A stretch of 64,000 nt of DNA, from assembly GCA_027492035.1 (NCBI GenBank), contig JAOZFT010000004.1:480001-544000 (forward strand). Reading direction: 5' to 3'. Shown here piece by piece: positions 10,314 to 19,830 of this stretch. The position numbers and the translations under genes were made by a program. The DNA is from Thermoproteota archaeon. Its GTDB lineage: Archaea > Korarchaeota > JAOZGF01 > JAOZFZ01. Position 1 is the stretch's first letter. Each line of letters opens with the position of its first letter. The notes under the pieces were generated by a model. That model saw only the letters and a list, made by a program, of their open reading frames with translations, ran no database searches and was not told the origin of the DNA.

Positions 10314-11375
10314 TTAAAAGTATTCCTTAATTATTTCTGAAACAAGAGGGACTGCATCTTCTAATTTGTTAAGAAAGCCATATAAGTTGTTCTTTCCTTT
10401 TCTAATCCTAGGTTCTAAATTTAAGTTATTTTCATCAATTTCCATATAGCCCCAAACAGGAAGACCTGTTTTTCTTAATGAACTAAGTAAGGGGCCCCTT
10501 TCTCTATTTAGTGTAAGGAATACTGCTACTTTGTTAAGTATGGCTGATTCTAAACAGATTTTGAAATCGACGCTTAGAACCAAATCAGAAGAAATTAATT
10601 GTTTTAAATAATCTCTTCTTTTAATGTAAGAAAGTGTTGTGTTTTTTCCTTTAAAAATTGGAAGAAGAATTTCAGTTCCTTTTCTGGGGTAAATATTAAT
10701 TTTTAACTTTCTTGGGTTGATCTTTACCTGAAGGAAATGGAAAAGTTTACTGTAAAGGAAATAAGGAAATGAATTTTTTCCTGTTAAAGGAAAGAGAGGG
10801 TTGTGGAAGAGAGATACTTCAAAGTAATCATTTTCAAGTTGGGTAGGTAGTAATTCAGCAGAAACCAAGTTCCTTAATTCCCTTTTTAGCCAAGATACTT
10901 CGTAAAGCCCTTTGAAACAAGCTGTTTTGTTCAAATAGATCCCTAAATGTTTGTCGAGAGGAGAGAAAATGCTTTTCACTAGATGGTCAGCTAGTGAAAG
11001 AGAAATTTGGGTGAACGGTTTCCCATTAATTTGGTAAGGTATTAACCCAACGACGGGTTTAGATAACCCTGAAGCACATCTGAAAGCTGAAGGTGAAAGG
11101 AAAGAGACATGAATAACATCTCCTTCAAGTTCCTTCTTGATGGATTCGTAAAGATTAATTACTCTACTGGTGAAAAGGGCGAGTTCATTTTGGCCTGTTG
11201 AAATCTGTTTACCAACTACCTTAAAAAATATTCCGCTCCTAGACAGTTCTTCTTTCACTTCTTTTGTATCTACAGCTGTCACAACTAAATTAAAACCCTC
11301 CTTTTTCAGTTTCGAGTAAAGGGTACTTATAAAACCTACGTGGTAAGGGTTAGTTACATCAAACCAAATGAACAT
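10314..11375 (-). CDS. DUF354-like / GT-B-fold protein (divergent)
   Basis: N-terminus IWFDVTNPYHV resembles DUF354; adjacent to a sugar aminotransferase. Confidence 0.6.
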   Translation of the reverse strand: MFIWFDVTNPYHVGFISTLYSKLKKEGFNLVVTAVDTKEVKEELSRSGIFFKVVGKQISTGQNELALFTSRVINLYESIKKELEGDVIHVSFLSPSAFRCASGLSKPVVGLIPYQINGKPFTQISLSLADHLVKSIFSPLDKHLGIYLNKTACFKGLYEVSWLKRELRNLVSAELLPTQLENDYFEVSLFHNPLFPLTGKNSFPYFLYSKLFHFLQVKINPRKLKINIYPRKGTEILLPIFKGKNTTLSYIKRRDYLKQLISSDLVLSVDFKICLESAILNKVAVFLTLNRERGPLLSSLRKTGLPVWGYMEIDENNLNLEPRIRKGKNNLYGFLNKLEDAVPLVSEIIKEYF

Positions 11376-11384
11376 AGGAAAACG

Positions 11385-11975
11385 TTACCTCTTCCCTAAC
11401 CTTGAAATTGTGTAGTCAAAAGTTTTGATGTTTAGTTCTAAATTTTCGCCCTTAAACATTTCCTTCATCGTCTCCTTTAAAGAGTCTTCACCTAAAGGTA
11501 AAAACTTAAATGCAGTAGCAGCAGCCACTAGAGCTACATTGGCTGATACGCTACTACCTGCCTCCTTAGCCATCTTTGTTGCATCAATAACTTCCATTCT
11601 CTCAAATTTATTCCTCAAATACTTCAAAACAGTCTCTGAACTCATTTCAATTTTGCTTAATGGAGGTTTAAGGAAGAAGTTGTTTAGGACTGCGTAGCAG
11701 TCATTATTTAGAACCCTGTAAGAGTACCTCAACGCTTCAAACAATTCCAAGGCTAAATAAAGACTGTTTCTATGAAAAGGAATTATTGGGCTTAAAATTT
11801 CCTCTCCAAACCTTACTTCAGCAATCACCGATCCCCCCCTTTGAGCCATCCCATGTATTTCACCTATCAGGGCTTTGCTGAAACCTTGCTTCAGAGCAGT
11901 TCGAGCAAGTAACTGTGCAGTTGTCAAAACACCCATCCCTCCAACTCCTACAACTAATACGTTATACTCCTTCAT
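11385..11975 (-). CDS. iorB: Indolepyruvate:ferredoxin oxidoreductase beta subunit
   Basis: GVGGMGVLT, EIHGMAQRGGSV; follows iorA. Confidence 0.93.
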   Translation of the reverse strand: MKEYNVLVVGVGGMGVLTTAQLLARTALKQGFSKALIGEIHGMAQRGGSVIAEVRFGEEILSPIIPFHRNSLYLALELFEALRYSYRVLNNDCYAVLNNFFLKPPLSKIEMSSETVLKYLRNKFERMEVIDATKMAKEAGSSVSANVALVAAATAFKFLPLGEDSLKETMKEMFKGENLELNIKTFDYTISRLGKR

Positions 11976-11987
11976 TCCTTAACCCCT

Positions 11988-13853
11988 TTAACCCTTAACT
12001 CGTTTCCTAACTTCTTTTATAGCGTCAAAAGGACAAACTTGGGCACATAAACTACATCCGCGACATAGATTACCCAAAATGAAAACTCTTCCATTTTTTA
12101 AAGTTAATGCAGGGCATCCTAGTGAATTTATACAAATCTGGCAACCTGTACATTTATCGGTAACCTCAAAAATTTTTGAAACAGGCCTTATTAAGGCGCA
12201 TTTCTGCCTGAAAACAATTAAAGCTGGCCCCTCCCCCTTCCTTTTGAGTAACTCCTTCACTAATTTTATGCTTCGATTTATTTCATAAGGATCAACCGTA
12301 ACAAAAGGAATGCCTAATGCTTCAGCTATAAATTCAGGAGTTAATACTTTCGTGGTTTCACCCCGAGCGGTTTTGCCTGTGCCTGGATTGACTTGGTGCC
12401 CAGTCATTGCTGTGGTTAAATTGTCAAGTACAACCACGAGCACATCATGTTTATTATAAACTGCGTTAACCAACTCAGGAAGACCTGCATGCCAAAAAGT
12501 AGAGTCACCAATGAAGGCTACAGCTTTAGAACCTGTTTTAGCAATTCCTGAAGCTGCACCTATGCTTGAACCCATGCAGTAAAGTATGTCCGCCATTTTA
12601 AAAGGTTCATTCATACCTAAACTGTAACATCCTATATCTGAAGACCAAATGGTTTTAGGGGGGAGAAGTCTCTTTATTATGTGATAACTTCCCATGTGTG
12701 GACATCCAGGGCATAAAACAGGAGGCCTGTTAGGTACTATGCTTCTAACCTCCTCCATACTTTCCCTCATTTTTGCCAAATCTATTTCTTTTCCCAGATT
12801 CAAGGCTGCACTTAAACCATTTAATACATACACTACATTTAACTCTGAAACTCGAGGAAAGAATCCCTCATTTTTACCGACTATTTCAGTTCCTAACTTG
12901 TTTCTTTGTGCAATAGCTCTTATTTGTGTCTCTAAAATAGGTTCAAGCTCTTCCACTATCACTACCTTGTCTTTATTTTTCAGAAAATCAACTATCTTTC
13001 TCTCTGGAAGTGGATGAGTCATTCCAAGCTTTAAGACAGGTATTTCAACGTCTAAGTTTTTTAACGCCTCCAAAGTATAAGAGTAAGCTGCTCCACAAGC
13101 AACTACGCCGTAAATGTTTTCCTTATTACTTTCTACAAAGTTGAAAATTGATTTTTCAGAAAGTTCCTTTGCTTCAGACATTTTCTTAAGTAAAATTTTA
13201 TGTCTTCCTCTTGCTACAGCTGGGACAGGAACAAACCTTGTTGGGTTCTTAACAAATTTTTTTGTAGGGATGTTTTCGATTCCCCCCAGAAACACCACTC
13301 CTCTTGTGTGAGAAACCCTTGTCGTAGATCTTACCAACACCGGTACTTCTAGTTTTTCCGAGATACTAAACGCTTCTTTAGTCATGTCCTTTGCCTCTTG
13401 GGGGTTACTTGGTTCAAGCAATGGTAAATTAGCTAAGTAAGCATAAAAACGATTATCCTGCTCGTTTTGAGAAGACCAACAGTTTGGGTCGTCGCAAGTT
13501 ATCACCACAAAACCTGAAGTGACACCTATATAAGCTGAAGTCATTAAAGCATCGGAAGCAACGTTTAATCCCACATGTTTCATGAAGGTTGCTGATCTAT
13601 AGCCTGCAGCAGCAGCTGAAGCAGCTACTTCAAAAGCTACTTTTTCATTTACAGAAAATTCGAAATAGTACGGTTTATCATATAATCTTGAAGTGACAGC
13701 TAAAGTGTTTCCGATCTCACTTGAAGGGGTGCCTGGGTAAGTAGTCACTATTTGGGCATCGGCTTCTATTATCCCCCTGGCTATTGCTTCATTCCCCAAA
13801 AGAAAAAGTTTCTCTCCTTTCTCCCCTAAAGCTATCCTTTCATATAGGTTCAT
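11988..13853 (-). CDS. iorA: Indolepyruvate:ferredoxin oxidoreductase alpha subunit
   Basis: LLGNEAIARG, YPGTPSSE, MKHVGLNVA, RPPVLCPGCPH, GDSTFWH, C-terminal 2x[4Fe-4S]. Confidence 0.96.
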   Translation of the reverse strand: MNLYERIALGEKGEKLFLLGNEAIARGIIEADAQIVTTYPGTPSSEIGNTLAVTSRLYDKPYYFEFSVNEKVAFEVAASAAAAGYRSATFMKHVGLNVASDALMTSAYIGVTSGFVVITCDDPNCWSSQNEQDNRFYAYLANLPLLEPSNPQEAKDMTKEAFSISEKLEVPVLVRSTTRVSHTRGVVFLGGIENIPTKKFVKNPTRFVPVPAVARGRHKILLKKMSEAKELSEKSIFNFVESNKENIYGVVACGAAYSYTLEALKNLDVEIPVLKLGMTHPLPERKIVDFLKNKDKVVIVEELEPILETQIRAIAQRNKLGTEIVGKNEGFFPRVSELNVVYVLNGLSAALNLGKEIDLAKMRESMEEVRSIVPNRPPVLCPGCPHMGSYHIIKRLLPPKTIWSSDIGCYSLGMNEPFKMADILYCMGSSIGAASGIAKTGSKAVAFIGDSTFWHAGLPELVNAVYNKHDVLVVVLDNLTTAMTGHQVNPGTGKTARGETTKVLTPEFIAEALGIPFVTVDPYEINRSIKLVKELLKRKGEGPALIVFRQKCALIRPVSKIFEVTDKCTGCQICINSLGCPALTLKNGRVFILGNLCRGCSLCAQVCPFDAIKEVRKRVKG

Positions 13854-14047
13854 GAAACATCAGCCTTCCTTTTTTACTTTAAACTTTTCTTCTTAAAGTA
13901 TTTAAGTTCCTGTTAAATTTATTTTAAAACAAGAATCTTAACCTTTAGTTATTGCCCTTTTCTTAGTTATCCTCCCCTCCAAATTTTTCTTTTTAAAAAC
14001 ATGGGAAGGGAAAGTAAAAAGTTAAGTTTAAAGGTTGGAAGAAGGAA

Positions 14048-14638
14048 TTGAACCCAACTAACCCGTCAAACAAGGAGTATAGGATTCTGATTACGGGCAC
14101 ACCCGGTACAGGTAAGTCCACAGTTTCTAAACTTTTAGCTTCAAAACTGAAAGTCAAGTATATAAACATAAATGATTTAGCTGAAAAAAATAACTGGTTC
14201 CTAGGTTTTGATGAAGAGAGAAAATCAAAGATTTTGGATGTTGAAAAAATCTCAAATTACCTTTCCCAGGTAAGTGGCAGTTTAGTTATTGACACCCATG
14301 TTCCTGAAGCAGCTCCAAAAAACATAACTCATGTTTTTGTTCTCAGAAAACACCCTAAGCTTCTGTTTGAAGCTTTGAAAAAGAAAAAGTTTCCTGAAAA
14401 GAAAATATTAGAAAATGTGGAAGCTGAAATAATAGATTCATGCTTAACTTCTTCCATTGAGAGGTTTAGTGAAGAAAAAATTTATCAATTAAATGTAACC
14501 AATCTAACACCAAAAGAAACAGTTAAAGAGATTATTTTGATTCTGAAAGGAGGGATGAAAAAGGGAAATATAGTCATTGATTGGGTAAGGGAGTTAGAAG
14601 AGAAAGGAGAAATAGAGAAGTACTTAAGTTTCAAGTGA
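14048..14638 (+). CDS. Atypical adenylate kinase (AK6/Fap7/hCINAP family)
   Basis: ILITGTPGTGKST, KILENVEAEIID, C-terminal IDW. Confidence 0.9.
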   Translation: MNPTNPSNKEYRILITGTPGTGKSTVSKLLASKLKVKYININDLAEKNNWFLGFDEERKSKILDVEKISNYLSQVSGSLVIDTHVPEAAPKNITHVFVLRKHPKLLFEALKKKKFPEKKILENVEAEIIDSCLTSSIERFSEEKIYQLNVTNLTPKETVKEIILILKGGMKKGNIVIDWVRELEEKGEIEKYLSFK

Positions 14639-14644
14639 TTTTTT

Positions 14645-15226
14645 ATGAAAGAAAGGAATATTTTTCTGGGAATAACAGGGGCAAGTGGAGTAATTTACGG
14701 AGTTAACATCTTGAAGGAACTGCACAAAAAGGGTTGCAAAACTTACTTGTCTATTTCCGAATGGGGGAAAGAATTGTTGAAATATGAAACAGGGTTGACA
14801 ATAGAAGAACTGAAAAAGTTTTCCCACCAATATTTTGAAAACAAGAATTTAGCGGCACCTGTTTCAAGTGGTTCCTTCAAGTTAGAGGCTGTAATTGTAG
14901 CTCCTTGCTCAATGGCTACTTTGGCTGAAATTGCTTCAGGTTACTCAAAAAGCTTAATAGGTAGAGTGGCTGATGTAGCCTTGAAAGAGGGGAGGAAACT
15001 CATTCTTGTTCCAAGAGAAACTCCCTTAAACGCCATTCATCTTCAAAATATGTTGAAACTTTCTAAATTGGGGGCAGTAATTTTAGTTGCTTCTCCAGCT
15101 TTTTATCATAAACCATCTGAGATCCAAGATCTGGTTAATTTTATTGTAGGGAAGGTGTTAGACCAATTGGATATTAAGAATGACTTATTTAAAAGATGGT
15201 ATGGATCCCGCTGCTCCATAAAGTAA
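14645..15226 (+). CDS. ubiX: Flavin prenyltransferase UbiX
   Basis: GITGASG, SSGSF, APCSM.TLA.IA.G, LKEGRKLILVPRETPL, PAFYHKP. Confidence 0.95.
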   Translation: MKERNIFLGITGASGVIYGVNILKELHKKGCKTYLSISEWGKELLKYETGLTIEELKKFSHQYFENKNLAAPVSSGSFKLEAVIVAPCSMATLAEIASGYSKSLIGRVADVALKEGRKLILVPRETPLNAIHLQNMLKLSKLGAVILVASPAFYHKPSEIQDLVNFIVGKVLDQLDIKNDLFKRWYGSRCSIK

Positions 15227-15361
15227 ACTTAACTCAATATATATTTCCCTTAACTTCCCCTTTCACAGGTAAAAGCTGTTTTTCGAAAAGCATTTAAAAA
15301 TGAGGTCATGTCTTTTCTCTAACTCATCTTCCTAATCTATTAATTGTTGAGGTGTTCTTAA

Positions 15362-16195
15362 GTGAATAAAAAGTTTGTTTCAGCTGAAAAACCAGAAACT
15401 GTTGAAAGGATGCAGTACCACATTTCAGTAAAGCCGGGAGAAATTGCAAGGTATGTACTCCTCCCTGGAGACCCTGAAAGAGTTGAAAAAATAATTAAAC
15501 TATGGGATCAAAACAGGTTCGTGGCTAAACATAGAGAATATTTAACTTATACTGGAACTTTTAAAGGAGCTCCTATATCAGTTACTTCAACAGGAATAGG
15601 TTCTCCTGCCGCTGCAATAGCTGTTGAAGAACTAGCTAATGTGGGAGCTGACACGTTCATTAGGGTAGGAAGCACAGGTGTAATTCGTAAAGAAATAAAT
15701 ATTGGGGACCTAGTAATTACTACTGCAGCTATTAGGCTTGAAGGTACCACTAAGCAATATGTTTTTCCAGAGTATCCAGCAACTGCTCATTATGAAGTGG
15801 TTTTAGCCCTCATTGAAGCAGCTGAATCATTAGGTTACAGGTATTTTGTAGGAGTAACAGCTACAACTGATTCCTTCTACCCTGGACAAGCTAGGCCGGG
15901 TTTCAAAAATTACTTCCCAAGCATGGCAGCTTCCCTGCTTTCAGATTTAATGAAGGCTAATGTTATAAATTTCGAAATGGAGGCTTCCTCCATATTTACA
16001 TTGGCAAGTATCTACGGGTTAAGGGCTGGGGCAGTTTGTGCCGTTTATGCGAACCGGGTTACCAATGAATTCGGTGTTGAAGGAGAGAAAGAGGCGGCTG
16101 AAACAGCTTCTACAGCTGTAAAAATACTTTATGAATGGGATCAATTAAAAGAGGAAAAGGGGAAGAAACATTTCTTCCCTTCTCTACTTAAATAG
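15362..16195 (+). CDS. udp: Uridine/nucleoside phosphorylase
   Basis: QYHI, LLPGDPERV, STGIGSP, IRVGSTG, DSFYPGQ, NFEME. Confidence 0.88.
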   Translation: MNKKFVSAEKPETVERMQYHISVKPGEIARYVLLPGDPERVEKIIKLWDQNRFVAKHREYLTYTGTFKGAPISVTSTGIGSPAAAIAVEELANVGADTFIRVGSTGVIRKEINIGDLVITTAAIRLEGTTKQYVFPEYPATAHYEVVLALIEAAESLGYRYFVGVTATTDSFYPGQARPGFKNYFPSMAASLLSDLMKANVINFEMEASSIFTLASIYGLRAGAVCAVYANRVTNEFGVEGEKEAAETASTAVKILYEWDQLKEEKGKKHFFPSLLK

Positions 16196-16207
16196 CTGCC
16201 TATAAGG

Positions 16208-17452
16208 CTAATACTTTGGGATGGGGTGAACTTTCACAATTTCTCCCTTTTCCAAACCCTCTTTTTTTTCAGGAATAAAAACTATGCCATCTGCTTTCTT
16301 TATTGAGGACAGCAAACTTGCCCCCTTTATTCTTATAGGTTCGGCGTAAATTTTTCCCTTAACATTTTTCAGTTTTACCCTTAACGCGTCCATTCTTCCC
16401 AGTCTTGAAGGGTAGTTGCTAATCATTTCAGCTTCCAGCGCCTCTTCTTTTGCTTTATTACAAGTCATCTTCGAAATTATTGGGATTGCAAAGTAGATAA
16501 AGGCTATTAAGCACGCAGCTGGTGAACCTGGTAAACCTAAAACTACTTTTTTATTTATGACTGCACCTAAGCTAGGTGTTCCGGGCCTTATAGTTACTCC
16601 GTGAAACAGTATTCTACCTAATTCTTCAATAGCTTTGTGAGTATGATCCCTTCTCCCAGCTGACATTCCTCCACTTGTTATTATTAAGTCACACTTTAAG
16701 TTGCTTCTTATCTTCCTCTTTATTTCATTTAAATCGTCCGGGACAACTTCTGCTTTTTCCACTATGCACCCATAGAACTTAGCTAAGTTTGAAAGTAATG
16801 TAGTGTTTGATTCAAAGATTTTCCCAGGTTTCAATCCTCTATCTGGGCTTACTAACTCTGACCCTGTGACTAGAACCGCCACCTTAGGTTTTTTAGAAAC
16901 TTTGATTTTTCCAATTCCAAGCGAGGAAAGCAGGGAAGCTGTTGCAATAGTTACTCTTTCTCCCTTTTCTAAAACAACATCTCCCTTCTTGATATCTTCT
17001 CCTACACGTGAAACATTTCCCCATTTTGAAACAGGCTGAAAAACCTTTATAAAACACCCCTCTTTTTCTACTTCTTCGTATTTTAGGACAGTGTCGATGT
17101 TTTCTGGGAGTGTAGCTCCTGTCATAACTTGAACAGCTTCTCCCCTCTTTATTTTCCCCCTAAAAATTTCTTCAGCATGAATTAAACCCTTTACTCTTAA
17201 TTTAATAGGTGACTGGATAGAAGCATTTTTTATATCCTCAAAACTTACTCCGTAACCGTCCATCATTGCTTTATTTGTATTTGGTTTGTTTATTTGGGAA
17301 ACAATTTTTTGAGAAGATACCCTGCCTACTGAATGAATCACTTCTATTTCTTCAACCTCTAAAGGTTTCACTTCTTTCAAAATCCTCTTTAATGCTTCAG
17401 AGGCTGGGGTTAGGTGTTTAAATCCTTCTCCTTCTAGCTTAGCCATATTCAT
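16208..17452 (-). CDS. moeA: Molybdopterin molybdo/tungstotransferase MoeA
   Basis: AMMDGY, MTGA, GEDI, TGSEL, SGGMSAG..D, RPG, GLPGSP. Confidence 0.93.
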   Translation of the reverse strand: MNMAKLEGEGFKHLTPASEALKRILKEVKPLEVEEIEVIHSVGRVSSQKIVSQINKPNTNKAMMDGYGVSFEDIKNASIQSPIKLRVKGLIHAEEIFRGKIKRGEAVQVMTGATLPENIDTVLKYEEVEKEGCFIKVFQPVSKWGNVSRVGEDIKKGDVVLEKGERVTIATASLLSSLGIGKIKVSKKPKVAVLVTGSELVSPDRGLKPGKIFESNTTLLSNLAKFYGCIVEKAEVVPDDLNEIKRKIRSNLKCDLIITSGGMSAGRRDHTHKAIEELGRILFHGVTIRPGTPSLGAVINKKVVLGLPGSPAACLIAFIYFAIPIISKMTCNKAKEEALEAEMISNYPSRLGRMDALRVKLKNVKGKIYAEPIRIKGASLLSSIKKADGIVFIPEKKEGLEKGEIVKVHPIPKY

Positions 17453-18201
17453 TACCGATTTAATACTATCTTCACGACTTCTTTCAAATTATTAATTACG
17501 AAATCAGGTTTCACCTTCAAGTTAAAACTGAACTGTCCACTCAAGAAACTGGGTGTGGTGTGTTTAAAGTAAACCCCGGTCATTCCAATTCTTTTCGCCC
17601 CATAAATGTCAGTAAATAATGAATCCCCCACCATTACGGCTTCTGTAGGTTTGGTTTCCTTTAAGTTTAGGACGTGTTTAAATATTTTTTCGGCAGGTTT
17701 GTAACTTTTTGCAGAGTCTGAAGTAACTAACTCCTCCTTGCTGAAGTACCGGTTTAAACTCCATTTCTCTACATTGGCTACAAGGGTTTCTTCTAACCCG
17801 TTAGAGACTACTGCCATTCTTAAACCGTTACTTTTAAGCAGATTCAGTGTTTCATAAACTTCAGGGTAAAGTGTGGATTCTTCTTTAAAGATATTTAACG
17901 ATTTAATTACATATTTTTTCACTTCTTTTTCACTAGTTTTTAACCCGTATTTCTTGATTGCTGACAGAAAAGCTTTCATGTTTAAGCTGTAAAAATCTTC
18001 AAATTCATTTTTTTGAACCTTCTCGTTTATTAACCGATTTAATTCAATGTCTACGTGTTTATGAAAATCAATAGCCATGTTTAGGCTATGTTTCTTTCCT
18101 AGAAACTCATTTATAACTTTCTGGTGACATCCCTCGCATTTAAACAATGTCCCAAATGCATCGAACACGACAAGTTTGTATTTTATGTTTCCTTCATTCA
18201 T
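17452..18201 (-). CDS. HAD-superfamily hydrolase
   Basis: FDAFGTL, VVSNG, KP..KIF, MVGDSLFTDIYGA. Confidence 0.9.
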   Translation of the reverse strand: MNEGNIKYKLVVFDAFGTLFKCEGCHQKVINEFLGKKHSLNMAIDFHKHVDIELNRLINEKVQKNEFEDFYSLNMKAFLSAIKKYGLKTSEKEVKKYVIKSLNIFKEESTLYPEVYETLNLLKSNGLRMAVVSNGLEETLVANVEKWSLNRYFSKEELVTSDSAKSYKPAEKIFKHVLNLKETKPTEAVMVGDSLFTDIYGAKRIGMTGVYFKHTTPSFLSGQFSFNLKVKPDFVINNLKEVVKIVLNR

Positions 18202-18248
18202 TCCTGAGTTTCCCCCAATTTTCCTCCAAGCCCTTTTCTTTCTTTAAT

Positions 18249-18860
18249 TTAATTCAATCCCTCCTTATTGAGCAGGTGCGCCTCTCTGTTTTTAATTGTG
18301 AAATGGAAAAGGGTTTTTCTAGTGATGCTTCCACAAACTTCTACAAAATTATTTATAATTGATTCCCCTTTTACTTCCGGGTGGAATTGGACACTGTACT
18401 GGTTCTTCCCTGCAACTTTTAAAGCCTGTATCTTACATTTGTCGCTACTTGCATAATTCTTCAATTTCTTCGGAAGCTTAAAAAGTCCGTAGTCGTGATC
18501 TTCATAAACTGTCATCTCCTTCACTCCACTTGCTAAAGGGTATTCCTCATGAAACTTTATTTTAACTATTCCCCTTTCATGGATTTTCAATATTTTTGCT
18601 CCATAACAGTAACCGAGGATTTTATGTCCTAAACATATTCCCAAAAAAGGTTTCTTCAATTTACTTAGAAAGACTTTGTACCATCTCAAGATTTCATGGT
18701 GGCCCTTTCTCGGTAAAACTCCTCCAGACGCTATTACACAGTCAAAAGCTGAAAAATTCTCCCTAGGTTTCTTTATGTCTATTCCCACCCTTTTCCTCTT
18801 AAGCAATTTAATTAAATCTTCAAGGTACTCGCTTCCATGGTCAAGGATTAAAACTTTCAA
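18249..18860 (-). CDS. Class I glutamine amidotransferase (GMP synthase subunit A-like, stand-alone)
   Basis: ILDHGS, LGICLG (nucleophile Cys), VQFHPE. Confidence 0.82.
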   Translation of the reverse strand: MKVLILDHGSEYLEDLIKLLKRKRVGIDIKKPRENFSAFDCVIASGGVLPRKGHHEILRWYKVFLSKLKKPFLGICLGHKILGYCYGAKILKIHERGIVKIKFHEEYPLASGVKEMTVYEDHDYGLFKLPKKLKNYASSDKCKIQALKVAGKNQYSVQFHPEVKGESIINNFVEVCGSITRKTLFHFTIKNREAHLLNKEGLN

Positions 18861-19019
18861 TTTTTCATGCTCCCCGTGAACGGCTTCAGCTGTGGAAAAA
18901 TAAATTAAAAAGGTGCAGGTTAAAAGGTAAAGATGGAAAATAGTAAAATAGTAAAAAGTTTTTGTTTTTCTATTTTTGGTTAAGCAGGCTTAAAATTATT
19001 CTTTTTTAAGGGTGGTTTC

Positions 19020-19730
19020 TTGAGTTCCATGGACGAAATAAGGGTGGTTGTTGACCACAGAGAGTCAAGAACACTTGTATCTAAGTACCTAATGGAGCTA
19101 CAGATTAATTTAACGTTTCAATCTTTAACAGTTGCCGATTACGTGGTTTCAAACAAAGTAGCTGTTGAAAGGAAGGAAGTAAATGACTTCATCAACTCCA
19201 TTTTTTCAGGTAGGTTATTTAGTCAATGTCAACGTTTGAGAGAAGCTTACGAGAAACCTATCCTTGTTGTGGAAGGAGACTTGAAAAAGGCCTTGCTTCT
19301 AAGGAACATAAAACTTTCTTCACTCTACGGAACCCTTTCAAGTGTTGTTTTGGACTACGGAATACCTGTTGTGCCTTCACCCACCAGTAAAGCAACAGCT
19401 ATTTTCATTTATAGGTTAGCTTATAGGGAGCAAGTGTTGAGAGATGAAGTTTTAAGGGTTAGGTCTAAACCTAAACTCATAGATTTAGAGAAGAAACAAG
19501 TTTTCTTTCTTTCAGGCCTTCCTAGGGTGGGAAATAAATTGGCTTTAGAACTATTGAAAAGTTTCAGTAACCCCTACAACGCTTTGAAATCAATCGTTGA
19601 AACAAAAATTATTCAATCCTCCTCAGGAAAAACTTTGAAAGTTGAGGGTCCAGTGAACAAAGTCAAGGGGTTTGGTCCTCTTAAAATAAAGGAAATAAAA
19701 AAAGTGTTATTGGGAAGCGATGAAAAATAA
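19020..19730 (+). CDS. xpf: Short-form XPF/ERCC4 structure-specific endonuclease
   Basis: VDHRE, ADY, VERKEVNDF, GRLFSQ, HhH LPRVG; no helicase domain. Confidence 0.9.
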   Translation: MSSMDEIRVVVDHRESRTLVSKYLMELQINLTFQSLTVADYVVSNKVAVERKEVNDFINSIFSGRLFSQCQRLREAYEKPILVVEGDLKKALLLRNIKLSSLYGTLSSVVLDYGIPVVPSPTSKATAIFIYRLAYREQVLRDEVLRVRSKPKLIDLEKKQVFFLSGLPRVGNKLALELLKSFSNPYNALKSIVETKIIQSSSGKTLKVEGPVNKVKGFGPLKIKEIKKVLLGSDEK

Positions 19731-19830
19731 TCTAGGAAATTTAAAAATTTAAATTTTTAAAGAACATTCAAACATGTAAAAAATGTTTTAAGAATTTTTA
19801 ATTACTATTCACTTCACCTTTCTAGGATTA

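Noticed and set aside
19740-19761. 22-bp perfect A/T-only palindrome
   Set aside because: Low complexity in an AT-rich promoter/terminator zone; plausible by chance
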